A stretch of 64,000 bases of DNA from Tubiluchus corallicola (lineage: Eukaryota > Animalia > Priapulida): positions 186,001-250,000 of the forward strand of contig JAQGDQ010000296.1 in the NCBI GenBank assembly GCA_030141605.1, in the 5' to 3' direction. This document shows, one piece after another, positions 11,219 to 25,465 of this stretch (position 1 is the first letter of the stretch; the number at the start of each line of letters is the position of its first letter). The notes beneath the pieces were generated by a model. That model was given only the letters and a program-made list of their open reading frames with translations, was not told the DNA's origin and searched no databases. Both the position numbers and the translations under genes were made by a program.

Positions 11219-13594
11219 ATGTGATACTCATGCACTTGCCACAGTAATTTAGAATGTGCGGAAAGCCAATTGGTAAAAGACAATGTTGCCCAAATCTGAA
11301 ACACTGTCATATATTAGGAATTCTCCCTTCTTTACCAATTGAAGATTTGAGCAAATGTAACAGAATATCAAAGACCAAAACCAAATCCAAAACAAACTTA
11401 AATTAAAGCAAACGGCTGTTTTTATATAAAAAGAGTATTTTAATCCTTTGATGCATTGTTTTTAATGAAAGGTACAGGTATCGGGTATGCTACTTCTGTG
11501 GCTGAATAAACAACTTTAACAAAACGTACCGTAATTTTCTGCTAAGGTATACTGGGTATTTTCAACTTTCTAATATGTCTGCTAAGCAAATATGTGCTTT
11601 ACGTTTATAAACGTTCTGTTTAATTGAACATTTAACGTTTGATGACACGATCCATTGAACCGACTGCGGAAAAAGCGATTCAAGAAAACTCTAAAGCTAC
11701 ATAAAGAGCTTAAACTAAAAATTCCCCAGGTCACTGCAAAGCTAAGAGATTACGTTGTGTTCGTTATTTTCTCGTACTGTCGTTGTAATTGTAAAAAATG
11801 CCCAGATTTTATTTGACGTTATTCACATGAATTTATTTCATATGTCGAAATGCATAGAAAACGTAAAAAATTATTGAGCTACAACGTAATAACGGTGACA
11901 TATAAAATTAATATAGGCTTAGTTTATTTCTCTAATTTTTGTAATCTTCTTTACCGTGCGCATTAAAATAAGTTTTTCATAAAGCACGTGAGTTCATCTT
12001 GCTGTAATGTCGATTATATTATGCATAAGACAGTAAATATAAATAATAATTTTAAATATTAATAAACGATAATTATTGACGATGTGTTCTACTACGTAAT
12101 AAATGCGCTATAGTATTTGTTTTATTTTCATTTTATTTCTTAATATAGTAATAAATTATTTATTGTCAACCATTTTAAAGAAAATTATTTCTTTATTTCT
12201 CAAGAGTACGTAGCAGAACTGTATAATGAATAAAACATGTGGTAATGATGGAATAAAAGACAAATTAAACCTAAAATTTTTAGGAACCAAATGGAAAAAG
12301 AAAAATGTGGAAAAGTGGCAGAAAACCTCAGTTTGAATTTCAAATCTTTGGGTCATAATTCAATGCCATTAGCGTTGATCCACGCTACCCCTAGTAACCA
12401 AGGCAGGCCTTAATTTAAACCTAATATATAACTCACCAATCAATCAAGTATTCCAATTCCAAAGTTACACTGGACACTGGGCACCAACATTAGATATTTT
12501 GTAATTAGCTTAGATACTAAAATAACGAAGAGAATTATTATATTAAATTTTCTTTTAATTTAAATTATTAATACTTATATGCATTATTAACATTTGCATG
12601 GTTGCAGATGTTTTTGACAAGTGTGACATTTGCATAGCTGAAGGACATATTCTGCATTGGAGTCATGGTTTAATTGGTTGAACCCGTAGCAGCAGTGACA
12701 AACCAGAATGCGTTTGTCGCACTATCGAGACGAATGAAATAAGTTAATAATACATATTATAACCTACACTAATCGCAATTTAAAACAGACACGTTATAAA
12801 TGCTCGCGTCAGCCGCATACTATTAGATTAGAACGTAAAAGTCTAAACATGCCTATGTCTATAGGCATAAAATCTGATTATTCTCATTGCTGGGAATAGA
12901 CTTGTGTGCTAAAACCTAAAGCGTATTACACAGTGTTCTTACTTGGGAGGCCTCATGTAAAAAAATATTGATAATGCTGCAGTGCGGTGTTTCCTGGCGA
13001 CCTTATCGCCGTCCTTGTTACTGCGGCATTCTGTGAAGTTTTTGCTTAGTGTTTGCTTATTTATCAAACAGATACGTGCAAGAGATAAACCTTTAAAAAT
13101 TAATTAGCTGTACATAATCTTCATCCGCAGACGGCTGAAGTTTTCTTTACATTAAGCTAGAAATAAGCACTATGGCTGAAACGCAATATGCTTCTGGCCA
13201 TTTATCTTTCAGAGAAAAACGATGCAGTTTGTGCTACCGCCGAATTTAACGAGAAAAACTTCTAGTAATTCCCGTGTATAGAGATATTTATTTATATACA
13301 CAGGACTTTAATAAGTATACACTGTAAAAGAGAATACAGCTGCCGTGTGAATGCCGAGAAATTATAGATCCCAGCTGATGTGACAAATTACTTCCTAAAT
13401 AAAAGCGACGTATGGCATCACCTACACAAAAGTATTACATTGATGAAACGTGATGTGGTACATAAAGCAGGGTTTTCCTGTTAACCACAGCCTTGCTGAT
13501 GTGTAAATGGCATAACACGTATTTTAATGAACCATAAATTTTCCACCCGTGTATCGCTATTTAAAAAATCCTGGCAGAAGCATTCTACATCAAA

Positions 13595-13970
<376 letters not shown>

Positions 13971-16004
13971 CTTTCTCAGTATTTTATTTTTTAGCTTTCA
14001 ACACAAGAAATATTATAATTTTAAGGCGAAGCATCCAAGCGAAATCTTAGTGAAACCGACACGAAGCTTATAAACCATCTAAAAAATTTCAACACAGTTA
14101 TGGTTATAATGTTGCTATATATTAAGTTACAAGAAAACTCGTTACTCACATAAAGTTAAAAAAATTCATCTTTAAATTTTGTTTCATTTACATTTTACCT
14201 TATTGCCCTCAGAGCTTGTATTAGCAGTAACGCTTTATATAACGTGAAGATTTAAACTTCCACGATGACCGTTAGGCGCTGTTATTTTAATAAGTCAAAC
14301 GACCTTAAATAAGCTTAAATAACATTGCGTAAAGTTTGACAAAATAATCAGAACATTTGTTCGCAAATTTCACTAACTAGGCAAAAGTATTAACCACTAT
14401 ATCTTGTCAATAAGATTAAAAATATGGTTTTTTGGTGAGTCAGCGGTGCACACTGGAAAAGTGAGTCAGCTTACCAGTTGTCGCAAACATTTTAAATTAC
14501 TAAGAACTTTCTTGTTTAGTTACATAAATTTTTCAAGCGCAATGCTAAATAATATAACTTTATATAAAAAGTTTTTTGGGTCATACTTTAAAATTTCCTT
14601 TCGCTTTTAAAGTTTAAACTTTTAACCTTATCTGAACATGTTAATGCCCGCATTTTGATAAAATATTGAAAAAAACTGAAAAAGTGCTGACAAAGCAAAT
14701 TATCAACCATGACGTTCGATGCTTTCTAGAAGATGGGTCATTTACCTACTAATTATATGATTATGGCGTTAACAACTTTGATTTGATATGCTTTGATAAA
14801 ATAAAAAAATTATGCGTCATTAAAAACAGTAATAATAAAAACATCGGAAGTTAAAAGAGGACAATTCACATTCTATTTTACTAAAAATCGATTTAAAAAT
14901 CGTCAATTTACACCACTTATTACTACTCCGTAAACACCCCATCAAAAAAAACCTACAATCTCATTAAATCATTAACTAGTATCCATTAAATATATGTCTA
15001 TAACTCCGTCTTAAAGTAAAATGTACGTAAATTATAACGTAAGTTATACGTGCGTCTAAGAAGCAACAGCGGCCTTAACGTGAAAACTATGAACGGAAGC
15101 GATGGAATAGCTGTGAACGTGGAAGCTGTAAAAGAGAAGAGCCTAATTTTGTGGTTACTAGACTGCACGCCACTTCTAACTGTTTTTGATGCAACTGTAA
15201 CAAGCTATTCCCTCTTTAATTATGAGGCTTTCAGTAATATTTTACTCTATTTAATCTTTTCAAAACGTTTTGCTTTTACCTAAACGTGCCTAATTTTCCG
15301 ACAAAGATCGTTCCTTTTCTGATCAAATTTTGGAGTCTTACTTCTAAATAACAGGGCCTAAATAAGTAGACATACTTACCTTCGGGATATAGTTCTTAAC
15401 TCATGAAAATCGTTTAAACGTTTAGACAATGCTAGACATTCAAGCTTTTTGAATCTTGACTGAAAGAGAAGTAACGAGAAAAGTTAACATTCATTTTTTA
15501 TTCTAAAAGAAAACTATAGAGGAAGCTTCTCTGAACAGTATAGACTTCCACAAGATTAATATGCTCTCTTTCTTCACTCATTTCTGCCATTTCACTCTTC
15601 CTGAGTCACCCCCCCCTCTCTCTCTCTCTCTCCCGCTCCCTCACACTCTCACTCGACTTTCACGCGTTGTCACTCCCCGGCCGTATACAAAACTTGTGAT
15701 TGTATACACACTTGGTGTCGGCATATATAAAACTGCACTTGTATTAGTGCAGAAAGGAATGATAAAGCTGTGCAAAGTTGATGATGTTTAAGGTAAAGCT
15801 GGTTACGCGTGGACGCGACTGTTGGAGTTGGTTATTGAGGAAAATATGCTTTGCATAAAATGACTTGTAAAAACTTAGAAGCAATGTATGCCCGTACCAA
15901 ACGCTTATTGGTGTAAAATATACTTAGGTGCATTTGACAAATGGATTTTCTCATTTTAAGTACAAGTTAATTAAAAACAACACTAACAATAAAACGGAGT
16001 GACA

Positions 16005-16110
16005 ACCAACAGCCACTGTTATAGCCAGCAGCAGCAACAACAACAGTAACAACAAAAGCAAAAGCACCGACAGCAGCAGTAGCAGCTATGGTTGTAACAG
16101 CAGCAGCGGC
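16005..16110. repeat. Degenerate (CAG/CAA)n tract
   Basis: gcagcagcagcaacaacaac runs. Confidence 0.7.
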
Positions 16111-16461
16111 TAGTAAAAATTTGCTAGGACGACAAAACTGTACAAAATGTTGTCTGGCCGTGCAGTTACAGCATAGCTACATAGCATGTTAAAATGCCAT
16201 TAATGTTTTAATTAGTTAATTGCTGCAAAATCGATACAACTATAACGTTCATTAAAGGATATTATAAAGGCACTACTTCATTAACGATGCACGCCCGTCA
16301 ACCGTTTTACACAGCATTGTAGTGCAATTAATACTTCCAGGTCATAATAAACATTAGAGACATTATGGCTATATAGCACTTGGAAAGAACAAAGCAGTTA
16401 GGCTGGAGCCATGACTATCTAAATGCTGATTTTTATACGCCTAGCTTTGCACACTTTGCTT

Positions 16462-16610
<149 letters not shown>

Positions 16611-16946
16611 CTATGCCTCTGGATCTGTATTTCGACAGTCAAAAAGTCTTTTGCAATGAGATTTCAATTAAGCATTTGTTATTTAGTGCAAAAAATTTGC
16701 TATGAAAATTTCCACGAAGTCATCCTTGAGATTGGAGTGTGTTTTGCACTTGATCTAGAAAGGATCAAAATTTGTCTTACTTCGATTTACCATATATTTT
16801 ATAGAGATATCACTAATAACCCACACGCATTCTTTAACATGGCGTTTCTAGAAAAGCAATTTTGCTTGATTGGTTTCCATTTTTATGGATCCCGAACTAC
16901 ATGCAGGGGTTCCATTAGTCCAGTTTAATTAGTGGTGCTATGTGCG

Positions 16947-17078
<132 letters not shown>

Positions 17079-19949
17079 TTTGTTTTTATAAAGACTATGT
17101 ACAGTATAGATTCCCTCCATTTATAGATATGTGTTTTAAAATTGCTAAAGCATTTACAAAGCATTAAGCACGTTATCATAAACACAATTTTAGAATTTAA
17201 CGCATTACACACAAATTAAAGGCAACGATTACATACAATAAATATAGTTACAAATTATAATACATGACAATATACAATTTATACATACACAATAAAAGAC
17301 AATGAGCACATTATAATACACAATAACAGAATCTCAACGCAACGCTTTGTTAACATGAAAGACAATGTGTATAATTATAATAAACATGTTTAAAAATTCT
17401 AATGCAATTACACATACTCACAAATAAAAGACAACGAGCATATAATATAAACAAATTACATACTTACAAGATTATGTAGTATATCTAACGTAGTACACAA
17501 TACCAGAGTTTAGTGATACGCCTGCAACAGGCGTTGCATTTTGCTACAATGTAGTTGTAAGTATTACAGCATAGCGTTATGTTAGTCGTATTACCATAGG
17601 CTTAACTACCTAAATATTTGTCAAAAGTAATTATAATTTTAGTTAAATAGAATTGCTCCTGCACTTGTGCTCCATCATATTAAAGGCTCATCAAACGCGC
17701 GTTTTCTCATTAAAAATAAGAATACAAACGATTGTTCTGATTGTCTAACTACAGAAACGTTATATATTTAGTTTTAAGATTATTAATTGGTTTACGAATA
17801 AATGAATCCCCTATTGATGACTTTTGAAATCGAAACTTGTTCACTTTTCAAAAATATAAAAATGTGAACTTCTTTTAAAATTTAATAATAGTGGAATCGT
17901 TCGGTCTCATAAATATCCTTCCAAAGTATATGGTGCCACAAAGACCAAAAACCTGTAATATTTGATACAATGACCACTTATTGACATGCGAAGACTATTG
18001 TGCAAAACTGCACTTGTAAAATTAACCAGCTTCTTGGAAAAGGGGTTTTGTATTAACTAAATTGCATTGGTGGTTTATTTTTCGAATTGGAGCCAACGGG
18101 ACGAACGGGGACAAAATTCTCCAAACTATTTACTCATTTTTTTCTAGAACGGGTAACCGCTGGGGGCAGGGCTGGTAATGGTTGGATAGCCCATTCAGCG
18201 GTGAGTGTAATGGTCATAGTTAGATTTCGCGGGATGCCCACGGTCTCTTGCAATCGGCGTTTTTCCCAACCAAATCTCTCATTTTTTCTGAAATTTGAGC
18301 ACCATGTAGAAAAATGTTCAGGTGGCGTACAGAGGTATTGGCGGGGAGATTGATAGCTCTTAGGAAAGACGAACCGGCTATACCACGATGCACGTCTCTT
18401 TTACAAGCGCCTTGAACAGAATTCACGCCTGATTTGGACATGTCATCTCGGAAGATTCTCGCTTGTATTGACGCATATTGTTCTGACGTCATCCCATTTT
18501 ACTCTGTGTATAGCTTTGCTTAGTTTGGTAATGCCTAACAACCTATTAAATTACAAGAATAGTAAACAAACAAGGTTATGTAGGAGGCTCACGCATTATT
18601 TATAATAAGTGTATTTATGGACAAAACCTTTTGCGGGGCCTTGTCTAGTAATTAATTATTTCTTTTGCACTTATTTCTACTCCTGTGCGGTTCTACCATT
18701 ATTCATAGGGTTACACACCTTTCACTTCTAATAAACACTTCAAGGTATCAAATGAGCAAAAGCAACTTTAAAGTAGCTGCTAATTAACTATTTCTCAGGC
18801 TTCTGTGTGCGAGCTTAGCAAATAAACCTTCACCAGCATTACATCTTAGCTATATGCTTAATCTCACTGACCTATATGGTAATCCTCTACCTTATTTTGT
18901 TTGATGACATTACCTGCCTAAACGCACCTTAATGCAGCAGCTTTGGTACAACCAATGCTAAGTAGGTTCTTTTGCTATGAAACCAGCATCTATTAACTAA
19001 ATCATTATGGTTTGTTAATCTCCAGGGCAAGGCTATTCATTTCTTGTATCCGGATGCATTATCCTGATGGACTAACCATGTAGCCACAGCTGCAGTGTAT
19101 GATACAGTTTTAACTCTTACACTCAGATGTTGGAGTACATTATACCTGTAACACAAATTAGTGGAAAAACTTTTAAATTTTGCGAGCGTCGCTGACTACT
19201 CAGTGTTTATGATAGCTTGCACTTTTAGTTTTTTTGCTGACGACTTTGGAACCCCTATAGTTCTTTGCTCTGGCTGTCTGTTTCATAATTTTAGCTAGCT
19301 AGTGTAAAAACATTGTTGGCAACACGTAACGTGATATCATAGGCACTGAATAAGCAATAATACTAAACAATATCGCCTTACTAGTCAATTGCCTGTTCTA
19401 TTACCTATTCTGTGTTTTAATAGACGTCACTAAACTTGACTGTTTTCTTGCTTAATTCACTTTTCATGATCTGGCTCATCTAACAGACCGGTCATATTTT
19501 ATCGTTTAGGCTTTTTCTATTACATTATCCCTTTTGCAACTAGTCGCACAGCTAGCCCCTTTAGATCTATTTACTTCATAGTTGAAAAATCAAAATCTGT
19601 AAATCGTAACACCCCAAAATTTTTATGTAATTGCAGTAGAAAGGATTTATGTAGTCTAAGCGAGAATCTGAAATTTGGCTGAAACTCAAGAAACAGATAG
19701 AAAGAGCGAATACGACAAGTGTCAAAGTAAGAATTGGACATGTTAAGAACAAAAGCACTTACCATCTCAATAAAAAAGTTTTAAAATACTTGAATATACG
19801 AGAGTATACAAAATAATAAGACATTCACAGAAAATAAGAGAAAGAATAATATTAGAAGAATTTACTAAAAATAGTTATAAGAGTAATCTAAAGAAGACTC
19901 AAAACATTAGAATCCACGCCTATATTAACAGGCTTCGCATGCTTTATGT

Positions 19950-20255
19950 GAGTCTCATGTGGCCCTCGTGGGTTCGATACTTGCTCTGGAATGGAAAGAA
20001 TCACCCTCGAACTATGGCTGTTTACCTCATGGAGGAAGGATGTAACGTGGACTGGTGCAGTAGCCTAGAGGTTCTTAAAGAGAATCCTTGATAATGCTTT
20101 CAGAATACGAGGTGTATAAAAAACGGCAAACATCTAAATTTAGGACACCATAACAATTAACAACCGGCATTTGTACACGAGGGTCAAAATGTAGGCGCAC
20201 TTCCTCATGGTGGATTCCACTGGGCGCTTAGTGAACATTGAGCGCTGACTGTCTT
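19950..20255 (+). mobile_element. Degenerate tRNA-SINE, possibly with a Meta-type core and L2-like tail
   Basis: B box GGGTTCGATAC (~19970). The segment ggaggaaggatgtaacgtgg...ttaaagagaatcc resembles SINE central cores, and the 3' gcgcttagtgaacattgagcgc stem resembles L2-type tails. Confidence 0.3.
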
Positions 20256-20424
20256 AACATTTATAGAGTTCGGCGATAGCAGTGTAAGTTAATAATTATG
20301 TCTGTCAGTCTGTCAGTCACACACTGAATGAAATAAAGTTGGAAAAATATTTAATTCTACATAACTGATTATATGTGCACAGCACTTACATGTACTTGAT
20401 CTATAACAACATGAAAAGAATGTG

Positions 20425-21170
20425 AAAATAGGTAAAAATGCCACAAGTGGGGGGGGGGGGGCAGGAAAGAGGACATAAATGGAAAAATAGGAAAAAATGA
20501 ATGGCACTTAATAAGCAGAACTAAAATGCACTCAGTATAAAGCAGACCTCCACCAAAGTCTAACAATCCTATACATGTTAGTATGTTTTTTAATAAGAAA
20601 GAAACATAAAACAAAAATGAATTGACAAACACATAAAAATATTTCTATATAAAAAATTAATTGCGATATAAACTAGCAGAATAACCCACACAATATTTTG
20701 TTTATAAAATAGAATTATAAACGTCAGTCCACGGATGTCCTAGCCAGTATTTGTCTGCAATTCTTTGACTCTTTTAACATTGATAATGTAGACTGATAGA
20801 CATGCCGTATTTCCATTTTGAAGTTAGCTTATAAGACAATATATGTTAGCAAAACCTATACGTGAGCAAAGATTATAAACAGCGTTATATAGTTTTCCAA
20901 GCGAAAATTCCTCGAAATGTGGAACTAACTCGTAGTCATTTGTCCTGGTAAACAAACAAGTAGACAAACAAACTACGCTGAAACTTCCAAATATAACTGA
21001 GCGCCTTGACAGAAGCAAAAATAATTGAAAAATATCCTTAGCAAGTTACCTTAATTCATATTTTATTAAATATATACCTTTTCTATTTTTCCATTTGTGC
21101 CCTTTTTCCTACGCCATTTTTATCATGCCATTTTACTGGATCTTTTTTCCTGTGCCATATTTTACCGTGC
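20425..21170. mobile_element. MITE / non-autonomous TIR element with repeat-rich inverted arms
   Basis: Left arm gcaggaaagaggacataaatggaaaaatagg (~20461) is the near reverse complement of right arm ttttctatttttccatttgtgccctttttcct (~21079). The right arm repeats tgccatttt motifs. Confidence 0.55.
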
Positions 21171-22466
21171 GCGACATCTCTATAATTAGACAAACTTTCT
21201 TGTCAAACGAGAAGGTGTTGAACGTTTTTTGAGAAAAAAATATTATTGTTAGATGACTTGATTTCACCTTTTATGGTTGTTTGTGTTTGGGCCTCGCGTA
21301 GGCCTAATTTTGATCAACTAAATGAAGTAAGAAGCGCAAAAGCCACGAATTCAAAAATCTATTTTGTTACAAGTTAGTAAAAAACGCAAAACTCCATATT
21401 CATAATGCTGTACCATTATTAAATCTTTGGATAACAAGGAGCAATCCTGTAACTAGTGATGCAGGTAATGGGAATTTCAGGAACATTAGCAAAAAGTAAA
21501 GAAATTTTGCTTCGAAAAAGGTGTAACTTGACAGACGGACATAAAATGTTCACTACTTTAATATTTACTTAATTAGTTCGAAATACTTTGCAGTTTTTAA
21601 TTTACGGTTATTTAACAAAACGTTTATAGATATTTGTTTCATTTTACTGCATTTTGATGTATATTTACATTTACTGATTCACCAAATTACTAAGATTCTG
21701 GCGGAAAAACCAAAGTTAACGCAAGACATTTCTGCAATAAAACACACCCTCGGCGACAGTTACATTGCTAGAGTGGGTTAGGTGGCTTAAATGGATCTCA
21801 ACTTGACTCGTAACAATCAACACTCTAATCACTTCTTTTAATATAACGCCATATTGGAGAACGTTCTACTGATTGTAAAATGCTTGTGCAAGAAAGGGAA
21901 AACCTGCCTTCTCATTAGCGTAAGACGAACTTCGCTGCATTAGCCATTCTCAGAATTTGAGCATTCTACAAAGTAATACACCATTAACTGTAACCAAACA
22001 AAGAATGATACGCTGAAAAACTTCCAACTTTATCAGGTTCTCGTTATCACTGGAGTAGGAAGGCAAACAAATAGACACAATTTCGTGGTCGTAAGACTTA
22101 CATTCTCATTAGCAAGCCAAATAAAATAATCCCAAAACTATGAATAATGCATAGTCAAATTCACTGTCAAAGTTGTGTTAGTAAACTATAAAGGCACTTT
22201 TCTTCGAAATCGATCCTTTTTATAATGGAGGAGAAATGACTGGAACAGTTGCTATGGCAATAAACGCCTAACATTGTTTTCTTTACTTTTCGACGGATTT
22301 ACTACAGAAAGAAAATCAATGGAGAATTAGTTATGCTAGAAGTAGTAATTTTGTAATAAAGATTTATCAGACTAAATATTAGATTAGTCGGAGAATAAGG
22401 AACTAATAAAAGTAGGGAGAGGAAGAAAAGAACAAAAGAAAGAGAAGGCGAAAAGAAAAAAGACAG

Positions 22467-22575
<109 letters not shown>

Positions 22576-22754
22576 AGGGAAGAAAGAAAGAGAGAGGATA
22601 TGGAAGAATTTCCTACAACACGTACACGTACATGTGTATTTATATATATATATATATATATATATAAATTTCTCTCTAGAGTTTATTCTAATCTTGTAAT
22701 TCTGCAGTTAGTTCTGATAGTGATTTTCTCCCTCCGTCACCAATTTATAAGAGA

Positions 22755-25105
22755 ATAATAATAATAATAATAATAATAAATCTTTATTAAAGAAATGAAT
22801 ATATATACACAAAGGTGCCTCTTTTTGCAGGCTCAGATCAACAAATTACATTTTCACATAACAAATCTTTTAAATCCAGTTTCACACTATGTACAACGAA
22901 TAACATTTTATACTTAAATTAGATATAATTTCAAACGAATCACAAGTATTATACAAACAAATTAACTTTACACAACTACATAATTTATTTTTTTTTATAC
23001 TGGAGCGGGCCTAAATTAACAGTTACTTAGTATAAAATTGTCCCTGATCAGGTTAGTGAAAGCCATTATTAAATTTTTATCAGATTGAAGCATAATATTA
23101 CGTGTATAATTGGCATCAGCTATTTCCATGAACGGCATTCTTTTTGCATTATCTATTTTATTACATCTGAATAAAATGTGCTGAGGAGTTTGCTCTTCTT
23201 CTCCACATGGACATAAACTAGTATCACACATATTAAGTCTATACAAAAAGCTGTTAAAATTCCCCTGACCAGTTAAAAAGGACATGGCAATGGATTCTAT
23301 TTTCCTTTCATTATTTCCAAGCGGCAAATTTAAGGGTGTACATTTTATATTCTGTATTTCAACATTATCTCCTCGAAATTGCATAACATGCCTATATTTA
23401 GTTGCCCAGGTATAAGAAACATAATCTGTAATTTGACGTTTGGTATAAATTAACATATTTTCAGGAATTTGTTCAAGATCTGTATTACGAAAGTTTTCAT
23501 TCCAGACAAATTTTAAAAAGTTTCTCACAGTCTGCACATTTGTATACATAATATTTTTATAAATATGTCTTCCTGTCAGACGTGTACTACCATACCGCAG
23601 AATCTGTTGTTTTACTAAATCATTAGCGCTCTGACATAATGTCTTAAGACATGATTTAACCACAATTACATTTAGTTCAATGTCTAACGGTGGAAGACCA
23701 CAAAGTAATTCCAATTTAGTACGATCTGGTTTAAAAGCCAACCCCGCAGAAACTTTCATTATATCATAGGTTATATCTTCAAATACAGTAAGTTTTTTAC
23801 CTAACCATACAATAGCACCATACAGTATAATCGGCAAAATAGTAGTTTTATAAATATTTACAATGGTAGCAAGTCGCAAACCTGCATATTTACTGCAATT
23901 GTTTTTTACTTTCAACCATCTATACCATACCTTTTTATGAACATTGCCCGCGTGTTTAACAAATGTTAATTTCCGATCAACAGTTAGGCCTAATATTTTG
24001 CTGTCTTCAACAAACAATATTTCATTGTTACTAATTTTTAAATTGTCTGGCTTGTTATTTTCATCCCATGCCCCTACTAGCAATGCTTCTGTCTTACCAG
24101 GTAACGTATTTATCTTTAAACGCCATTTCTGGCACCATTTGTGAAGCACATCACAACAGCTTTGTGCAATTGTAACACAAGTTTGCGGGTCTGTATTTGA
24201 CACATGCAAAGATCCATCATCAACATACTTGTACTTTTTAACAGAGTCATGCATATTATAAAACATATCTGCAATGAAAAATATAAACAGTATTGGGGCT
24301 ATAACTGACCCCTGTGGGAGTCCTAAATTGCATCGATATTGATCGGACATATAATCATTTATCTTTATGCAGATATTGCGATTTTGTAATATATATGCTA
24401 TAAGGCGTAGCATAGACCCTCGTACATTTGCACAAATAAGTTTAAATAATAAACCTTCAACCCAAACACTGTCGAACGCTTTTTCGTAATCACAGCAAAT
24501 TGTTATACCGTATGCATTATTCAAAATGTCGTCTTCCATATCAGTAACTAATCATGTTAAATAACGTACTGTATTTTTGCCTTTTATGAAGCCTTCTTGC
24601 TCTGTATCAATGCAGTTTAACTGAAAGAAATGATTTTTAAGTCTATTTGATATTAAACGCTCAACAAGTTTACCTACATACGAAGAAATGGTTATTGGAC
24701 GATAATTACTGGCATTTGAATAATCGATTTTGTTAGGTTTTTTTAGTGGAATTACTTTCGTGCACGTCCAAGGCCATAATTGATTTTCTAAGCACATATT
24801 TGCGATACGTAATACAATATTTTTTGCTACTGGCCCAAAATGTTTTATCATTTTTGGGTGAAACCCATCGGAGTCAAGCGACTTGCCTTCAGTTCGCACT
24901 TCACTTACTGCATTTTCTAATTCTTGTAAATTAAACCAGTTATTTAGACAAAAATTTTCGTTTTGTTCCCAGTCCATAACTGATAATGAGCGTTCAATGT
25001 GATTTTTCCAGTTTTCATCAAATTCTTCCGCGTTCATGTGTTCCCCACTAAAAAAAGTCTTATATAATAAATCAGCACTATCCGAGAAGAGGAGCCTTAC
25101 CATTT
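22755..25105 (-). mobile_element. 5'-truncated LINE (I/R1/Nimb-like group, no recognisable RNase H): RT plus C-terminal CCHC finger, 3' UTR and (TTA)n tail
   Basis: ORFs 25103-24552 and 24539-23016 are in the same frame, split by one TGA. Motifs: NYRPITISSYVGKLVER, EQEGF, DYEKAFDSVW, GLPQGSVIAPILF, YVDD, LYGAIVW and LTGQGNFNSFLYR...CPCGEEEQTPQHILFRC. The minus strand has AATAAA then (TTA)n at ~22790-22755. Confidence 0.95.
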
Positions 25106-25219
25106 ATTTTTCGTTTTAATCTAATTCGCAAGAATTGCAATGCGGCATAAAACCTACAAGCACTCTGCTCTTGATGCTTGCGTTCACAATGGACTAATTA
25201 AAACTGCGACTGAGTTAGA

Positions 25220-25329
25220 GTGGGGAAGAGAGAGAAGGGGAAGGGAGAGAAAGGGGGAGAAAAAGAAAGAGGGGGAGAGGAAAGAAGAACGAGAACAATA
25301 TGTCCGTGTGTGTGTGTGTGTGCGTGTGC

Positions 25330-25360
<31 letters not shown>

Positions 25361-25465
25361 CGTGTGTGCGTGTATGTGTGTGTGCGCGTGTGCATGTGTG
25401 TGTGTGTGTATGTGTGTGTGTGTGCGTGTGTGTGTGTGCGTGCGTGCGTGCGCGCGTGCGCGCGT
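25220..25465. repeat. Purine-rich tract followed by mixed (TG)n/(CG)n repeat
   Basis: Directly visible. It explains the spurious CV/HT ORFs. Confidence 0.95.

Noticed and set aside
15715-15760. TATA-like TATATAAAA followed by hairpin CTGCACT-N6-AGTGCAG
   Set aside because: No supported downstream gene, and such motifs are common by chance in AT-rich DNA.
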